Shown one piece after another: positions 48,925-58,923 of a stretch of 64,000 nt of DNA. A model generated the notes under the pieces. It ran no database searches. It saw nothing but the letters and a program-made list of their open reading frames with translations, and was not told where the DNA came from. The translations under genes and the position numbers were made by a program. This stretch comes from Nannocystis sp. RBIL2 (lineage in GTDB: Bacteria; Myxococcota_A; Polyangia; Nannocystales; Nannocystaceae). The DNA lies in the NCBI RefSeq assembly GCF_026626745.1, contig NZ_JAPNJW010000001.1, positions 908,311 to 972,310 of the forward strand. Direction: 5' to 3'. The stretch's first letter is position 1; each line of letters starts with the position of its first letter.

Positions 48925-51003
48925 CTACCCCGGATCGCAAACCCCCTCGCAAGAGTTCGAGACCACCCCCTCGAGCAAGAACGCCCCGAGGATCCCCTGC
49001 ACCGCCGGCTCGTCGACCGCCGCCCCGTGCGCCCCATTGTCCCCGGCCGCAGGCAGGTTCTCGACCGGAGGCAGCGGCCCCTTCTTCGTATCGACCTGCA
49101 GCAGCGCCGACCCCGTGAACCCCGGCGGAGCCTCCTCGATCCCCCACACCGGCCACACCGAAGGTCCTGCCATCCTCATCCCGTACGAGCGGGCCATCGC
49201 CTCCGACGCGATGTTTGCCACCTGTGCGTCGCCGATCGACTCGATGAGCAGCAGAGCATCGCCAGCCTCCTCGATCAGCGAGCGGTACGTCACCGGGTCT
49301 GCCACGTCGAACACTGCCTGGTACAGCGCGAACAGGAACTCGCGGTTCTGCGTGCTCGGCTGCGTCGCTGCCCACACCGAGTTCACCTGTTCGAACGCAG
49401 TCGAGCGCCACACCATCAGCGAGTAGTTCGACGCCCCGACCACCAGCACGCCGCGTCGCAGGTTCGGCGCCATCGCAGTCACCGTCGCCCCCATGATCCC
49501 GCCCTGCGACCCGCCGACGTAGTACACCGACGACGGGTCGATCAGCCCTTGCAGCGCCGGCTCCTGCGCCAGCTCGCCCTGGGCCAGATACGCCAGCGTC
49601 GTGAAGTTCACCGTCGACTGCACCAGTCGTTCGCCCAGCGTCCGGCCGCCGACGAAGTTGCCGCCGAGCATCCCGATCACCGCCGCGATGTCATCCTCCG
49701 ACATCCCCCAGAAGTCGGTCCCTGCCATGATGAGCGACCCGTTCTTCTTCGCCACCGACTCCGCCTCCGAGCCCGAGCCGAGCAGCCCGTGCCCGTACAC
49801 CGCCACCGGCGCCGGCGTCTTCGCCTCGTAGATCGCCTGCGGCACCGCGATCCAGAAGTTCGCGGTCGCGGTGTTCGAGCAGTCCGGCAGCCCCTCCGGA
49901 TCGCGGGCGAACACAGTCCCGGGCCCGCTGTTGCCCTCGAGGCAGCTCGGCACCGTGAACGTCCCGCGCACCACCAGCGGCACCTGCGTGCCCGGGAACT
50001 CGCTCACCTCCGCGATCGTGTAGCCGAGGTCCCCGGCCTCCGCGCTCGCCACGACCTGCGGCATGATCGCAGTGAAGTCGCGCTGCAGGTCCGCCTGCGT
50101 GTTCGTCGTGAAGTCCCACGCCAGCTGCAGCGACCCGCGATCGATCCCCGCGGCGGCCAGCGTCGCGAAGATCTCGTCGTAGCGTTCGCGCTCGGCCTCG
50201 AGCTGCGGCACGTCGGTCGTCAGCGCATCGCGCAGCGCGCGGAACAGCGGCGAGGTCGGGATCTCCTCGCCGTTTTTATCGCGCAGCCCGCGAACGGCGA
50301 CCACGTAGCGCTCGCCCGCACGCGGCTGTCGCATCGGCCGCACGAAGATCGTCTGTGGTTCGCCTGCCACGGCCGTCGCATCGACCTCCGCGAAGTATGG
50401 CCAGCGTTCCCCCGAGCTGACCTCGAGCAGCACGATCGGCGCCTCGTCGGCCAGCGAACTTCCGATGTCACCGAGCGGCGGCAGCGACGACCCGTCGATG
50501 GGCTGCGCCGACGCGAACCGGATCTGCGCGTTGGGAGTGAACCCCGGCTTCCCGTTGATGAACTCGTCTGCGGGGAACTCCGCCTGCTGCGTGTTCTTCG
50601 GCAGCAGCGCCGCCGGCAACGCCACTGCCAGGCCGGTCGGGCTGTCGCCTGACGACGTCGTGTAGAAGTTCGACGGCCACGGGTACACGCACTGGCCGCG
50701 GCCTGCGGGGTCGCCGAGCGGGTGGCAACCGGCCTCGATGTCCGCGCGACCGACGGCCTCGCAGCTCCCCCCGACGCACGCTTCGTCCGTCGCGCAGCCC
50801 TCGGGGCAACCGTCCTGCGCGCCAGTAGATCCGGAGCTGCCCGATGACGAGGTCGTTGGGACAGGTTCCGTCGGACCTGTCGTCTCGGACATCTCGGAGC
50901 TCGCCCCGGTGGTCGAGGCGCCGTCGGTCGCGCTGCTCACGGCCGGATCCTGGCAAGCGACGAGGCCGACGGTGACGAGGGATACGAGGCTCGATCTGCG
51001 CAC
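48925..51003 (-). CDS. secreted lipoprotein with alpha/beta-hydrolase-like nucleophile elbow
   Basis: It has a GTG start and the lipobox (VTVGLVAC), an S/T/G linker, an EGF-like Cys cluster and a roughly 550-aa domain containing VYYVGGSQGGIMGATV (a GxSxG-type elbow). Confidence 0.6.
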   Translation of the reverse strand: MRRSSLVSLVTVGLVACQDPAVSSATDGASTTGASSEMSETTGPTEPVPTTSSSGSSGSTGAQDGCPEGCATDEACVGGSCEAVGRADIEAGCHPLGDPAGRGQCVYPWPSNFYTTSSGDSPTGLAVALPAALLPKNTQQAEFPADEFINGKPGFTPNAQIRFASAQPIDGSSLPPLGDIGSSLADEAPIVLLEVSSGERWPYFAEVDATAVAGEPQTIFVRPMRQPRAGERYVVAVRGLRDKNGEEIPTSPLFRALRDALTTDVPQLEAERERYDEIFATLAAAGIDRGSLQLAWDFTTNTQADLQRDFTAIMPQVVASAEAGDLGYTIAEVSEFPGTQVPLVVRGTFTVPSCLEGNSGPGTVFARDPEGLPDCSNTATANFWIAVPQAIYEAKTPAPVAVYGHGLLGSGSEAESVAKKNGSLIMAGTDFWGMSEDDIAAVIGMLGGNFVGGRTLGERLVQSTVNFTTLAYLAQGELAQEPALQGLIDPSSVYYVGGSQGGIMGATVTAMAPNLRRGVLVVGASNYSLMVWRSTAFEQVNSVWAATQPSTQNREFLFALYQAVFDVADPVTYRSLIEEAGDALLLIESIGDAQVANIASEAMARSYGMRMAGPSVWPVWGIEEAPPGFTGSALLQVDTKKGPLPPVENLPAAGDNGAHGAAVDEPAVQGILGAFLLEGVVSNSCEGVCDPG

Positions 51004-51063
51004 GATCGACCGAGTACCCGAGCGCGGGCCCGACCGGCAACACCTTCTCGCCGGCCGACGGGC

Positions 51064-51594
51064 CTACGAGCCGGCGAGCGGCCGCGACCACACGCGGACG
51101 ATCCGGTCGTCGGGCGTGCGCTGATACAGGACCAGCTCGGCGATCGTGAACTCGCCGGGGACGGTCAACGAGAACAGCGCGCTGATGTCCGCGTCGGTGA
51201 GCGGCCCCGCCATGCGGATCGTGCAGTGGGGAAAGAACGGGAACTGGCTCTCCTCGAACGCGATACCCGAGTGTTTGAGCGCCTCGTGGAGGGCCATGAA
51301 CGGCATCGGGTCCGACATGCTGAGGCAGAAGATGTCGGTGTCCGGGAAGCGGACCATCCCGCCGAGGCTCGCGCGGATCGGCGCCCACTCCTGCGCGAAG
51401 GCCTCGAGCTTGGGTTCGACGCGGTCCCAGTGGAGCTGCGGCAGCATCGCCCCCACGCCGCTCGAGCCCGTGATCGTGATCTCGGGCGGGAAGTCTTTGA
51501 GGCGCTGACAGTAGCGGCGCCGCAGCGCCATCACTTCCGACGCCTGCGGCTCCGGCAGGTCGAGGCAGATGTACGTCGGCGGGACGAGGTTCAT
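51064..51594 (-). CDS. hypothetical protein, possible 2H phosphoesterase (LigT-like) superfamily
   Basis: Met at 51594 with a GGAG RBS, 176 aa. Only one clear H-x-T motif (FPHCTIR) is present, so the family assignment is tentative. Confidence 0.45.
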   Translation of the reverse strand: MNLVPPTYICLDLPEPQASEVMALRRRYCQRLKDFPPEITITGSSGVGAMLPQLHWDRVEPKLEAFAQEWAPIRASLGGMVRFPDTDIFCLSMSDPMPFMALHEALKHSGIAFEESQFPFFPHCTIRMAGPLTDADISALFSLTVPGEFTIAELVLYQRTPDDRIVRVWSRPLAGS

Positions 51595-51763
51595 CGCTCC
51601 AAGATCGGTAATACAACGCTTTCGCGGGCGCGTCACGGCCCGACCTCGGCGCGTGGGGTCTTCTGCGGACAGGGAACCTCAGTAGACAGCCCCCCTCACG
51701 GTGCGCGCCGTGGACGCAATTCTTGACCTTCCTTATGGTGGATCCCCCAGCAAGGAGCCGCCC

Positions 51764-53536
51764 ATGCCCAGGCAGCCTCGTTTCGCCCGCGCACCATCCA
51801 GGCCACAAGGTCCGGGTGAACTCGCGGTCCTTCTCACTCTCACGGCGAGCCTCGCCAGCGGTTGCTATCACGGCGCCGGCCAGGAACAGAGCGCCAGCAA
51901 CCCCACCCTGACCGGCGGCGAGGATCCCACCGAGACCGGCGGGCCGAACTCCGCCGGTACCGACGGCGATCCGACCGAAGGTACCGACCCGACTGACGGC
52001 GGTGGGGAAGAGTTCGCCCCGGCCCCCGCGCGCCTGCGCCTGCTGCTCGCGCGCCAGTACCGGAGCTCCGTCGCCTACCTGCTCGGCGACGCCGCGGCCG
52101 CCGTGGTCGAGACCCCGCCGGACAGCGCGCTCAACGGCTTCGAGTCGATCGGCGCCGCCCAGCTCGCGCTCAACGACCAGGCCGTCGACACCTACGAGAA
52201 GTCGGCGCGCAAGGTCGCGTCCGCCGCCGACGACGCCATCCTCGCCAGCTACCACACCTGTGTGCCGACCGGCGCCGACGACGAGGCCTGTCACAAGGAG
52301 TTCGTCGCCAACTTCGGCCGCGTCGCCTGGCGCCGCAGCCTCACGCAGGCCGAGATCGATCGCTACGGCGCGGTCGGCCGCGACGCCGCGCTGGCGTTCG
52401 GCAACTGGGAGTCGGGCCGCGAGTACGCCGTCGCCGGCCTGCTGCAGTCGCCCTACTTCCTCTACCAGGTCGAGGTCGGCGAGCCCGATCCCGACGATCC
52501 GGCGCAGCGGGTGCTGACCGGCGTCGAGCTCGCCACGCGCCTCAGCTTCTTCTTGCTCGACACCACCCCGACGCGCGAGCTCATCGACCTCGGCGAGGGC
52601 GACGGCCTCGCCACCGCCGACTCGGTGCGGGCTGTCGCTTGGACCATGCTCGAAACGCCAGCCGCGCGCGGCGCCCTCGGCGGCTTCTTCGCCGAGGTCC
52701 TGCGCCTGCGCACCCTCGAGGCCCTGCCGAAGGATCCCGCCACCTTCCCCGCCTGGTCGCCCGCGCTCGGGACCGCCATGCGCGAAGAGGCGTTGAAGCT
52801 CATCGACGACATCGCCTTCACGCGCGAGGCCGACTTCCGCGACTTCCTCGACGCCCCCTACACCTTCGCCAACGGCCCGCTCGCCGCGCTCTACGGCCTC
52901 ATCCCCGACCCTGCGGTGCTCGGCGACACCTGGCAGCAGTTCGACCTCCCGGTCGACAGCAAGCGCGGGGGCCTGCTCGGTCAGGGCGGCTTCCTCGCCG
53001 CCTACGCGCACATCAGCAGCACCTCGCCGACCCTGCGCGGCAAGTTCGTGCGCGAGGTCTTGATGTGTCAGGGCATCCCGGCGCCGCCGCCCGACGTCGT
53101 CACCGAGCTGCCGGTCGGCGAGGACTACCCGACCATGCGCGACCGCCTGGCCGAGCACCAGACCAACCCCTCGTGCTCGGGCTGCCACAAGCTCATGGAC
53201 GACATCGGCTTCGGCCTCGAGAACTTCGACGGCATCGGCGTGTTCCGCCTCGTCGAGAACGGCGTCACCCTCGACACCGTCAGCAACCTCGACGGCCTCG
53301 GCGAGTTCGACGGCGCCCGCGAGCTCGGCGGCCTCCTGCGCGAGAGCCCGGCCGTCACGCGTTGCCTCGTGCGCAACCTGTTCCGCCACGCCACCGGCCA
53401 CCTCGAGGTGCCCGGCGAGGCCGAGGCGTTGAAGGACCTCGACCAGGCGTTCGAGGACAACGAGTACCGCATGAAGGAGCTCCTCGCCGAGCTCGTCGCC
53501 AGCCCCGCCTTCCTGCGCGTGGGCACCCCGGAGTGA
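51764..53536 (+). CDS. DUF1592/DUF1588-type (PSD/PSCyt-like) protein with CxxCH motif
   Basis: AGGAG RBS, signal/lipobox (LASGC) and a D/T/G-rich linker. The conserved C-terminal block NPSCSGCHKLMDDIGFGLENFDGIG is typical of the DUF1592/1588 family and includes a c-type-haem-like CSGCH. Confidence 0.8.
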   Translation: MPRQPRFARAPSRPQGPGELAVLLTLTASLASGCYHGAGQEQSASNPTLTGGEDPTETGGPNSAGTDGDPTEGTDPTDGGGEEFAPAPARLRLLLARQYRSSVAYLLGDAAAAVVETPPDSALNGFESIGAAQLALNDQAVDTYEKSARKVASAADDAILASYHTCVPTGADDEACHKEFVANFGRVAWRRSLTQAEIDRYGAVGRDAALAFGNWESGREYAVAGLLQSPYFLYQVEVGEPDPDDPAQRVLTGVELATRLSFFLLDTTPTRELIDLGEGDGLATADSVRAVAWTMLETPAARGALGGFFAEVLRLRTLEALPKDPATFPAWSPALGTAMREEALKLIDDIAFTREADFRDFLDAPYTFANGPLAALYGLIPDPAVLGDTWQQFDLPVDSKRGGLLGQGGFLAAYAHISSTSPTLRGKFVREVLMCQGIPAPPPDVVTELPVGEDYPTMRDRLAEHQTNPSCSGCHKLMDDIGFGLENFDGIGVFRLVENGVTLDTVSNLDGLGEFDGARELGGLLRESPAVTRCLVRNLFRHATGHLEVPGEAEALKDLDQAFEDNEYRMKELLAELVASPAFLRVGTPE

Positions 53537-53561
53537 AAGGAGCACGAGTCATGAAGCGCCA

Positions 53562-54933
53562 TCAACTCAGCCGTCGCACCCTGCTCCGCGGCGTCGCCGG
53601 GGGCACCTCCGTCGCGCTCGCGCTCCCGCTGCTCGAGGCCATGCTCAACTCGAACGGCACCGCCCACGCCGATGGCACCGCCCTGCCGCGGCGCATGATC
53701 ACCTGGCACTTCGGCAACGGCGTCGCCCTCGTCGACCCCGCCGACGTCGGCAAGGGCAACCGCTGGGCCCCCGCCGAGACCGGCCCGGGCTACCCGCTGA
53801 CCCCGCAGCTGGCCGCGCTCGAGGGCGTGCGCGACTACTGCAACCTGCTCACCGGCTTCGACATCAAGGCCTCCTCGAAGCACCGCCGCGGCCACCACGA
53901 CGGCTGCGCCGGCTTCTTCTCCGGCTTCCCGTTCATCGAGCTGCCGCACGCCGAGAACAGCTACTCGTCGAAGTTCGGCGGCCCCTCGATCGACCAGGTC
54001 GCCGCCGCCGCCGTCGGCGGTCAGACCTTCCTGCCGTCGCTGCAGCTCGCGGTGTCGAAGCGGGTCATCACCGGCGAGGGCCCGACCCTGCAGTACCTCT
54101 CGCACAAGGGCCCGGACCAGCCGCTGCCGCCGTTCTTCAACCCGCAGGAGGCGTTCGCCGCCCTGTTCGAGAGCTTCGTCCCGCCCGACGACCCGACCAA
54201 GGGCCCGCGCGTCGACATCCTCGACGCAGTGCGCGAGGACGTGAAGGCGCTCAAGCTGCGGGTCGGCAGCGCCGACAAGCTCCGCCTCGACGCCCACCTC
54301 GCCAGCGTCGAGCAGATCAAGAAGCAGATCGAGACCCTGCCGCCGGCCTGCACCCTGCCGGGCATGCCGATCGAGACCAACATGGACATCGACGGCGCCG
54401 AGCCGATCGAGCTCGTCAACGCGGCCATGGTCGAGATCATCATCGAGGCGTTCCGCTGCGACCTGACACGGATCGTCAGCATCCAGTTCTCGGGCTCGGT
54501 CGGCTACCACGTCTTCAAGAGCCTCGGCCACGCCAAGGGTCACCACGACATGACCCACGACACCGCCGACAACGAGGCGGTCGACCAGTCCACGATCAAG
54601 ACCGTCGAGTGCTTCGCGGTCCTTCTCAACCGCCTCAAGGAGTCGGTCGAGGGCGACGGCAACCTGCTCGACAACTCGTGCGTGATCCTCGGCAGCGACG
54701 CCGCCTCGGGCTACACCCACAGCGTGTTCGACCAGCCGTGCATCGTCGCCGGCCGCGGCGGCGGCACCCTGCGCTACCCCGCCGAGCACTACCACTCGCA
54801 GTCGAGCGAGAACACCTCCGACATCCTGCTCGCCTGCCTGCAGTCGGTCGTGCCGGAGGCCACCGAGGTCGGCGCCACCAACGCCGACGGCGACGGCTAC
54901 TCCAACACCCCGTGCGCCGCCCTCCTGGCCTGA
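53562..54933 (+). CDS. DUF1552-domain protein with Tat signal
   Basis: AAAGGAG RBS and a twin-arginine signal (LSRRTLLRGVAGG). It is the usual partner gene found immediately downstream of DUF1592 proteins. Confidence 0.8.
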
Positions 54934-54936
54934 GAG

Positions 54937-55170
54937 ACATCTAAAACTGTCCGCAAGGACAGCCCGCGCGGCGAGGTCGGCTCACCCGGCCTCGCCGCAG
55001 TCGCGACGTCCGGTCCACTCTCGAGACCGCCGCCGCCGCGCATCACCTGTCCCGCAGGACAGCCTTCGATCGACCGGCGCGCGGCGGCGAGCGCTCCTGA
55101 CCTGCCCTCAAGGACAGCCGCCGACCCTCCCTTGCGAGCGCGCCACCCCCCTCCGCACCACCTGACGTGC
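54937..55170. repeat. hairpin-family units plus a 9-bp GC stem-loop downstream of the DUF1552 gene
   Basis: actgtccgcaaggacagcc (54947), the perfect stem gcggcgagg/cctcgccgc (54967-54997), catcacctgtcccgcaggacagcc (55041) and gacctgccctcaaggacagcc (55099). Confidence 0.55.
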
Positions 55171-55481
55171 AGGACATCTGACCGCCCGACCCGCGAGGAC
55201 CGGGGCGGGGGTGATCTACGGCCGCCGGCCCCCCAGGCCCCCGGATGCCCCCAGACCAAGGGGGATTTCTCGCCGTCCGGCGCCATTCGCGCAACCCCGC
55301 GCGACGCCAAACCGCCGCGGAGGTGGCCCTGCGGCCGCTTTCGCGGAACGCGTGTAACCCGCGACGCACACGTGCCCGTGGAACGGCAGGACCGCTTTCT
55401 CGCCGACTCCCCACCGATCGGACCCCGGCTCCATGTAGTGTGGTCTTGCTCGCTGATCGCGGCCCCGAGAGGCACACCGAG

Positions 55482-55865
55482 ATGAACCTGAAAGACGTGA
55501 ATTCGACCCTCACCGAGATCGAAGACGGCCTGATGGGCGGCCTCGCCACCATCGACGTCTTCAGCAAGACGTCCGGTATGTCGGTCGCCGGCATCCGCAG
55601 CTCGCCCAAGGCGTGCGCCCTCTTCAACATCCTCTGTGAACGAATCACGGAGGCGCTCAAGAAGTCCCAGCTGCCGGTGCCCGACTTCGTCTATCAGACG
55701 CTCCTACGCCTCGGCGAGGAGGGCAACGTCATGATCATCGTCGTCGACCTGACCGACAAGTACCGCATGGGCATGGCCGTCGACTGCATCAAGGCGCCGC
55801 TCGGCATCCTCGTCAGCGTCGTCCTCCCGGACACCATCCCGCGGCTCCGCAACTCGCTGCGCTGA
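55482..55865 (+). CDS. small hypothetical protein (127 aa), weak roadblock/LC7-like resemblance
   Basis: GAGAGG RBS and an ORF with acceptable coding bias, with GC slightly below its neighbours. The DGLMGGLATIDVF...GMSVAGI pattern is reminiscent of roadblock/MglB-like folds, though this is not secure. It is flanked on both sides by hairpin arrays. Confidence 0.45.
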   Translation: MNLKDVNSTLTEIEDGLMGGLATIDVFSKTSGMSVAGIRSSPKACALFNILCERITEALKKSQLPVPDFVYQTLLRLGEEGNVMIIVVDLTDKYRMGMAVDCIKAPLGILVSVVLPDTIPRLRNSLR

Positions 55866-55959
55866 ACCGCGCCCGAGCCCCGTCCGCCCGGCGTCCTGCG
55901 ACTCCGGGCGGCTTCGTCGCGACCGCGCCCCGACGTCGCATCTCGGGTAGCGCCGGCTC

Positions 55960-56122
55960 GCCTGTCTGAAGAGACAGCCCGCCATGAAGCGCGGAGCGCC
56001 TGTCCGAAGCGACAGCCAAGCGCGGACCACCTGTCCGAAGAGACAGCCCATCACAGCCGCGAGCACCTGTCCGAAACGACAGCCCCTTCACGACCGAAGA
56101 GCGCCTGTCCGAAGCGACAGCC
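55960..56122. repeat. tandem array of five CTGTC-(c)GAAG(n)-GACAG hairpin units (period 31-38 bp)
   Basis: gcctgtctgaagagacagcc, cgcctgtccgaagcgacagcc, cacctgtccgaagagacagccc, cacctgtccgaaacgacagccc and cgcctgtccgaagcgacagcc, separated by related 12-19-nt spacers. Confidence 0.7.
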
Positions 56123-56148
56123 GCTACCCTCGGCTCACCGCGCCCCGC

Positions 56149-56529
56149 TCACTCCACGCCCGCCGCCTCGCGCCGCGCCGACCAGCGCAGCAGCGAATCG
56201 AGGGTCGGGCACAGCGACTGGCCCCAATCGGTCAGGCGATATTCGACGCGCGGAGGCACCTCGCCGAACACCTCGCGCTGCACCAATCCGTCGCTCTCGA
56301 GCCGGCGCAGCTGCTGCGCCAGCATCTTCTGTGACACCTCCGGAATGGCGCGTTCGAGCTCCGAGTAGCGCAGCACCTTGCCGCCGAACAGGTTGAACAA
56401 GATCCGCAGCTTCCAGCGCCCCTCGAGCAGCGCCAGCGCCTCGCTCACCGCCTCGGCCGCCGTCTCCGGCGTCAGCGGCTCGGACTTACCTGCGGGTGAG
56501 TGGCTGACTTTTTCGTGCGTACTTGTCAC
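56149..56529 (-). CDS. HxlR-family winged-helix transcriptional regulator
   Basis: ALALLEGRWKLRILFNLFGGKVLRYSELERAIPEVSQKMLAQQLRRLESDGLVQREV matches the HxlR/MarR-like wHTH core. It has a GTG start and lies divergent to an SDR gene. Confidence 0.8.
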   Translation of the reverse strand: MTSTHEKVSHSPAGKSEPLTPETAAEAVSEALALLEGRWKLRILFNLFGGKVLRYSELERAIPEVSQKMLAQQLRRLESDGLVQREVFGEVPPRVEYRLTDWGQSLCPTLDSLLRWSARREAAGVE

Positions 56530-56616
56530 TCCCGCAGACTAGTCCCATCTTCGCGGTCCGAGCAATCGGCGGCGGCGAACGACGCGCCGCGCGTACGCTC
56601 GTCCGGAGACTGACCC

Positions 56617-57420
56617 ATGAGCCAGGCAACGCCTCTCTTCTATGACCCCCGCGAATTCACCGGCAAGCGCGTCCTCGTCACCGGCGGCACGCAGGGTATG
56701 GGTGCCGCGGTGGTGCGCCGACTCGCCGCTGGCGGCGCCTCGGTCGCCACCACCGCGCGCTCCGCCTTGCCCGAAGGACAGGAGCCGGCCCTGTTCGTGC
56801 AGGCCGACATCTCCACCCGCGAGGGCGCCGAGCGGGTCGTCCGCGCCGTGACCGACGCCTTCGGCGGCCTCGACATCCTCGTCAACAACGCCGGTGGTTC
56901 GACCGCTCCCGGCGGCGGCGCCCTCGCCCTCGACGACGAGCAGTGGCGCCACGACCTCGACCTCAACCTGCTCGCCGCCGTCCGCTTCGACCGCGCCTTC
57001 CTGCCCGGCATGGTCGCCCAGCGCTACGGCGTCATCCTCCACGTCTCGTCGATCCAGCGGCGCATGCCGCTCTACGAGTCCACCCTCGCCTACGCCGCAG
57101 CCAAGGCCGCCCTCAGCACTTACAGCAAGGGCCTGGCCAAGGAGTTCGGCCCCCAGGGCGTGCGCGTCAACAGCATCGCCCCCGGCTACGTCGAGACCGC
57201 CGCCGCCCACGCCCTCGTCGTCCGCCTGGCCGCCGAGGCCGGCACCGACGAGGCCACCGCGCGCAACGGCCTCATGACCTCGCTCGGCGGCATCCCGATC
57301 GGCCGCCCCGGCCGGCCGGAGGAGGTCGCCGAGCTCGTCGCCTTCCTCGTCTCCGACCGCGCCGCCTCGATCCACGGCAGCGAGACCACCATCGACGGCG
57401 GCACCGTCCCGGTCGTGTGA
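56617..57420 (+). CDS. SDR-family NAD(P)-dependent oxidoreductase
   Basis: It has TGGTQGMGAAV (a TGxxxGxG cofactor site), NNAG, and the catalytic YAAAKAAL (YxxxK). Confidence 0.85.
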   Translation: MSQATPLFYDPREFTGKRVLVTGGTQGMGAAVVRRLAAGGASVATTARSALPEGQEPALFVQADISTREGAERVVRAVTDAFGGLDILVNNAGGSTAPGGGALALDDEQWRHDLDLNLLAAVRFDRAFLPGMVAQRYGVILHVSSIQRRMPLYESTLAYAAAKAALSTYSKGLAKEFGPQGVRVNSIAPGYVETAAAHALVVRLAAEAGTDEATARNGLMTSLGGIPIGRPGRPEEVAELVAFLVSDRAASIHGSETTIDGGTVPVV

Positions 57421-57440
57421 GCCCGCCCGGGCGGCGATGA

Positions 57441-57540
57441 CAGGTCCGTTCGAGCATGTCCTCTGCGACATGCTCGAACGGACATCCCGCCGGTCACCGC
57501 ACCACGAGCATCCGGATCTCCGACATGTCCTCGATGGCGA
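57441..57540. repeat. nested CATG-centred palindromes in the convergent SDR/ALDH intergenic region
   Basis: cgttcgagcatg-tcctctgcga-catgctcgaacg is a perfect 12-bp inverted repeat flanked by gacaggtc...ggacatcc, with a further cgacatgtcctcg at 57522. Confidence 0.5.
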
Positions 57541-58915
57541 AGCGCAGCCCCTCGCGGCCGAGGCCGGACTCCTTGACCCCGCCGTAGGGCATCGGGTCGG
57601 CGCGGAACGACGGCACGTCGTTGATGATCACCCCGCCGACCTCGAGCGAGTCCCAGGCCTGGTGCATGCGGTCGATGTCGCGGGTGAACACGCCCGCCTG
57701 CAGGCCGAACTTGCTGTCGTTGACCTGCCACAGCGCCTCGTCGAAGCTGGCGAACTCCTGCAGCAGCGCCACCGGCCCGAACGCCTCCTCGGCGGCGATC
57801 GGCTGGTCGCGCGGCACGTTCTCGAGCAGCGTCGGCGCCACCATCACCCCGTCGCGCTGGCCGCCGCACAGGAGCCGCGCGCCGGCCTTGACCGCGGCGT
57901 CGATCCACCCGGCGATCCGGCCCGCCTCCTTCTCGGAGATGATCGGCCCGATGAAGGTGTCCTCGTCGCGCGGGTCGCCGACGCGCAGCTTGTTGGTGGC
58001 CGCGACCAGGCGCTCGCGCAGCTCGGCGTAGATCGACGAGTGCGCGATGATCCGCTGCACGCTGATGCAGCTCTGGCCCGACTGGTAGAACGCTCCGGTG
58101 ATGAGCCGCGGCACCACCTTCTCGAGGTCGGCGGTCTCGTCGACCACGCAGGCCGCGTTGCCGCCGAGCTCGAGCACCACCTTCTTCTTGCCGGCGCGGG
58201 CCTTCATCGCCCAGCCGACCGCCGGCGAGCCGGTGAAGCTGAGCAGCTTGAGGCGGTCGTCGCTGGCCAGCGCGTCGGCGCCGGCGCGCGGGCACGGCAC
58301 GATCGACCATGACCCTTCGGGCAGGTCCGTCTCGGCCAGCACCTCGCCGATCAGCAGCGCCGAGATCGGGGTCGCGCTGGCCGGCTTGAGCACGAACGGG
58401 CAGCCCGCGGCGATCGCCGGCGCGATCTTGTGGGCCGCCAGGTTGAGCGGGAAGTTGAACGGCGCGATCAGCGAACACGCGCCGATCGGCACCCGCTTCC
58501 ACTGGCCACGGTAGCCTTGCAGGCGCGGGCTGCTCGCCATCGCCAGCACCTCGCCGGCCGGGCGCGTCACCTCGGCCGCTGCGGCCTTGAACGTCTCGAT
58601 CAGGCGGCCCACCTCGCCGCGGGCGTCGCGGATCGGCTTGCCCGCCTCGATGCACAGCACCCGCGCCAGTTCGGCCGCGCGCTCCTCGAACCGGCGCGCG
58701 CAGTGCTCGAGCGCGGCCTGGCGGGCATAGGGCGGCAGCGCGGCCATCGCCCGCGTCGTCCCGGCGGCGGCGGCGATCGCCGCGTCGAGCGTGCCGGGGT
58801 CGGCCTGGGCCACGCGGGCCGCCTCTTCGCCGGAGAACTTGTCCAGCACGGGCAGGTCGAAGTTGGCCTGCACCGCGCGGCCGCCGAGGAACAGGGGATA
58901 TGTCTCGCGGAGCAT
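57494..58915 (-). CDS. aldehyde dehydrogenase family protein
   Basis: It has the catalytic Cys context FYQSGQSCISVQR and the Glu context VLELGGNAACVV, and it is 473 aa. The start was taken at the Met at 58915, because the upstream ORF part is Arg-rich. Confidence 0.85.
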   Translation of the reverse strand: MLRETYPLFLGGRAVQANFDLPVLDKFSGEEAARVAQADPGTLDAAIAAAAGTTRAMAALPPYARQAALEHCARRFEERAAELARVLCIEAGKPIRDARGEVGRLIETFKAAAAEVTRPAGEVLAMASSPRLQGYRGQWKRVPIGACSLIAPFNFPLNLAAHKIAPAIAAGCPFVLKPASATPISALLIGEVLAETDLPEGSWSIVPCPRAGADALASDDRLKLLSFTGSPAVGWAMKARAGKKKVVLELGGNAACVVDETADLEKVVPRLITGAFYQSGQSCISVQRIIAHSSIYAELRERLVAATNKLRVGDPRDEDTFIGPIISEKEAGRIAGWIDAAVKAGARLLCGGQRDGVMVAPTLLENVPRDQPIAAEEAFGPVALLQEFASFDEALWQVNDSKFGLQAGVFTRDIDRMHQAWDSLEVGGVIINDVPSFRADPMPYGGVKESGLGREGLRFAIEDMSEIRMLVVR

Positions 58916-58923
58916 GCCTCGGT

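Noticed and set aside
55960-56122. Possible CRISPR array
   Set aside because: The repeats are only about 20 bp with 12-19-bp spacers that resemble each other. There is no leader and no cas genes nearby. It is better explained as a REP-like hairpin array.
57186-58655. Alternative 489-aa minus-strand ORF overlapping the aldehyde dehydrogenase locus
   Set aside because: It is Arg/Gly-rich with no ALDH motifs. The frame 57494..58915 contains the catalytic Cys/Glu signatures.
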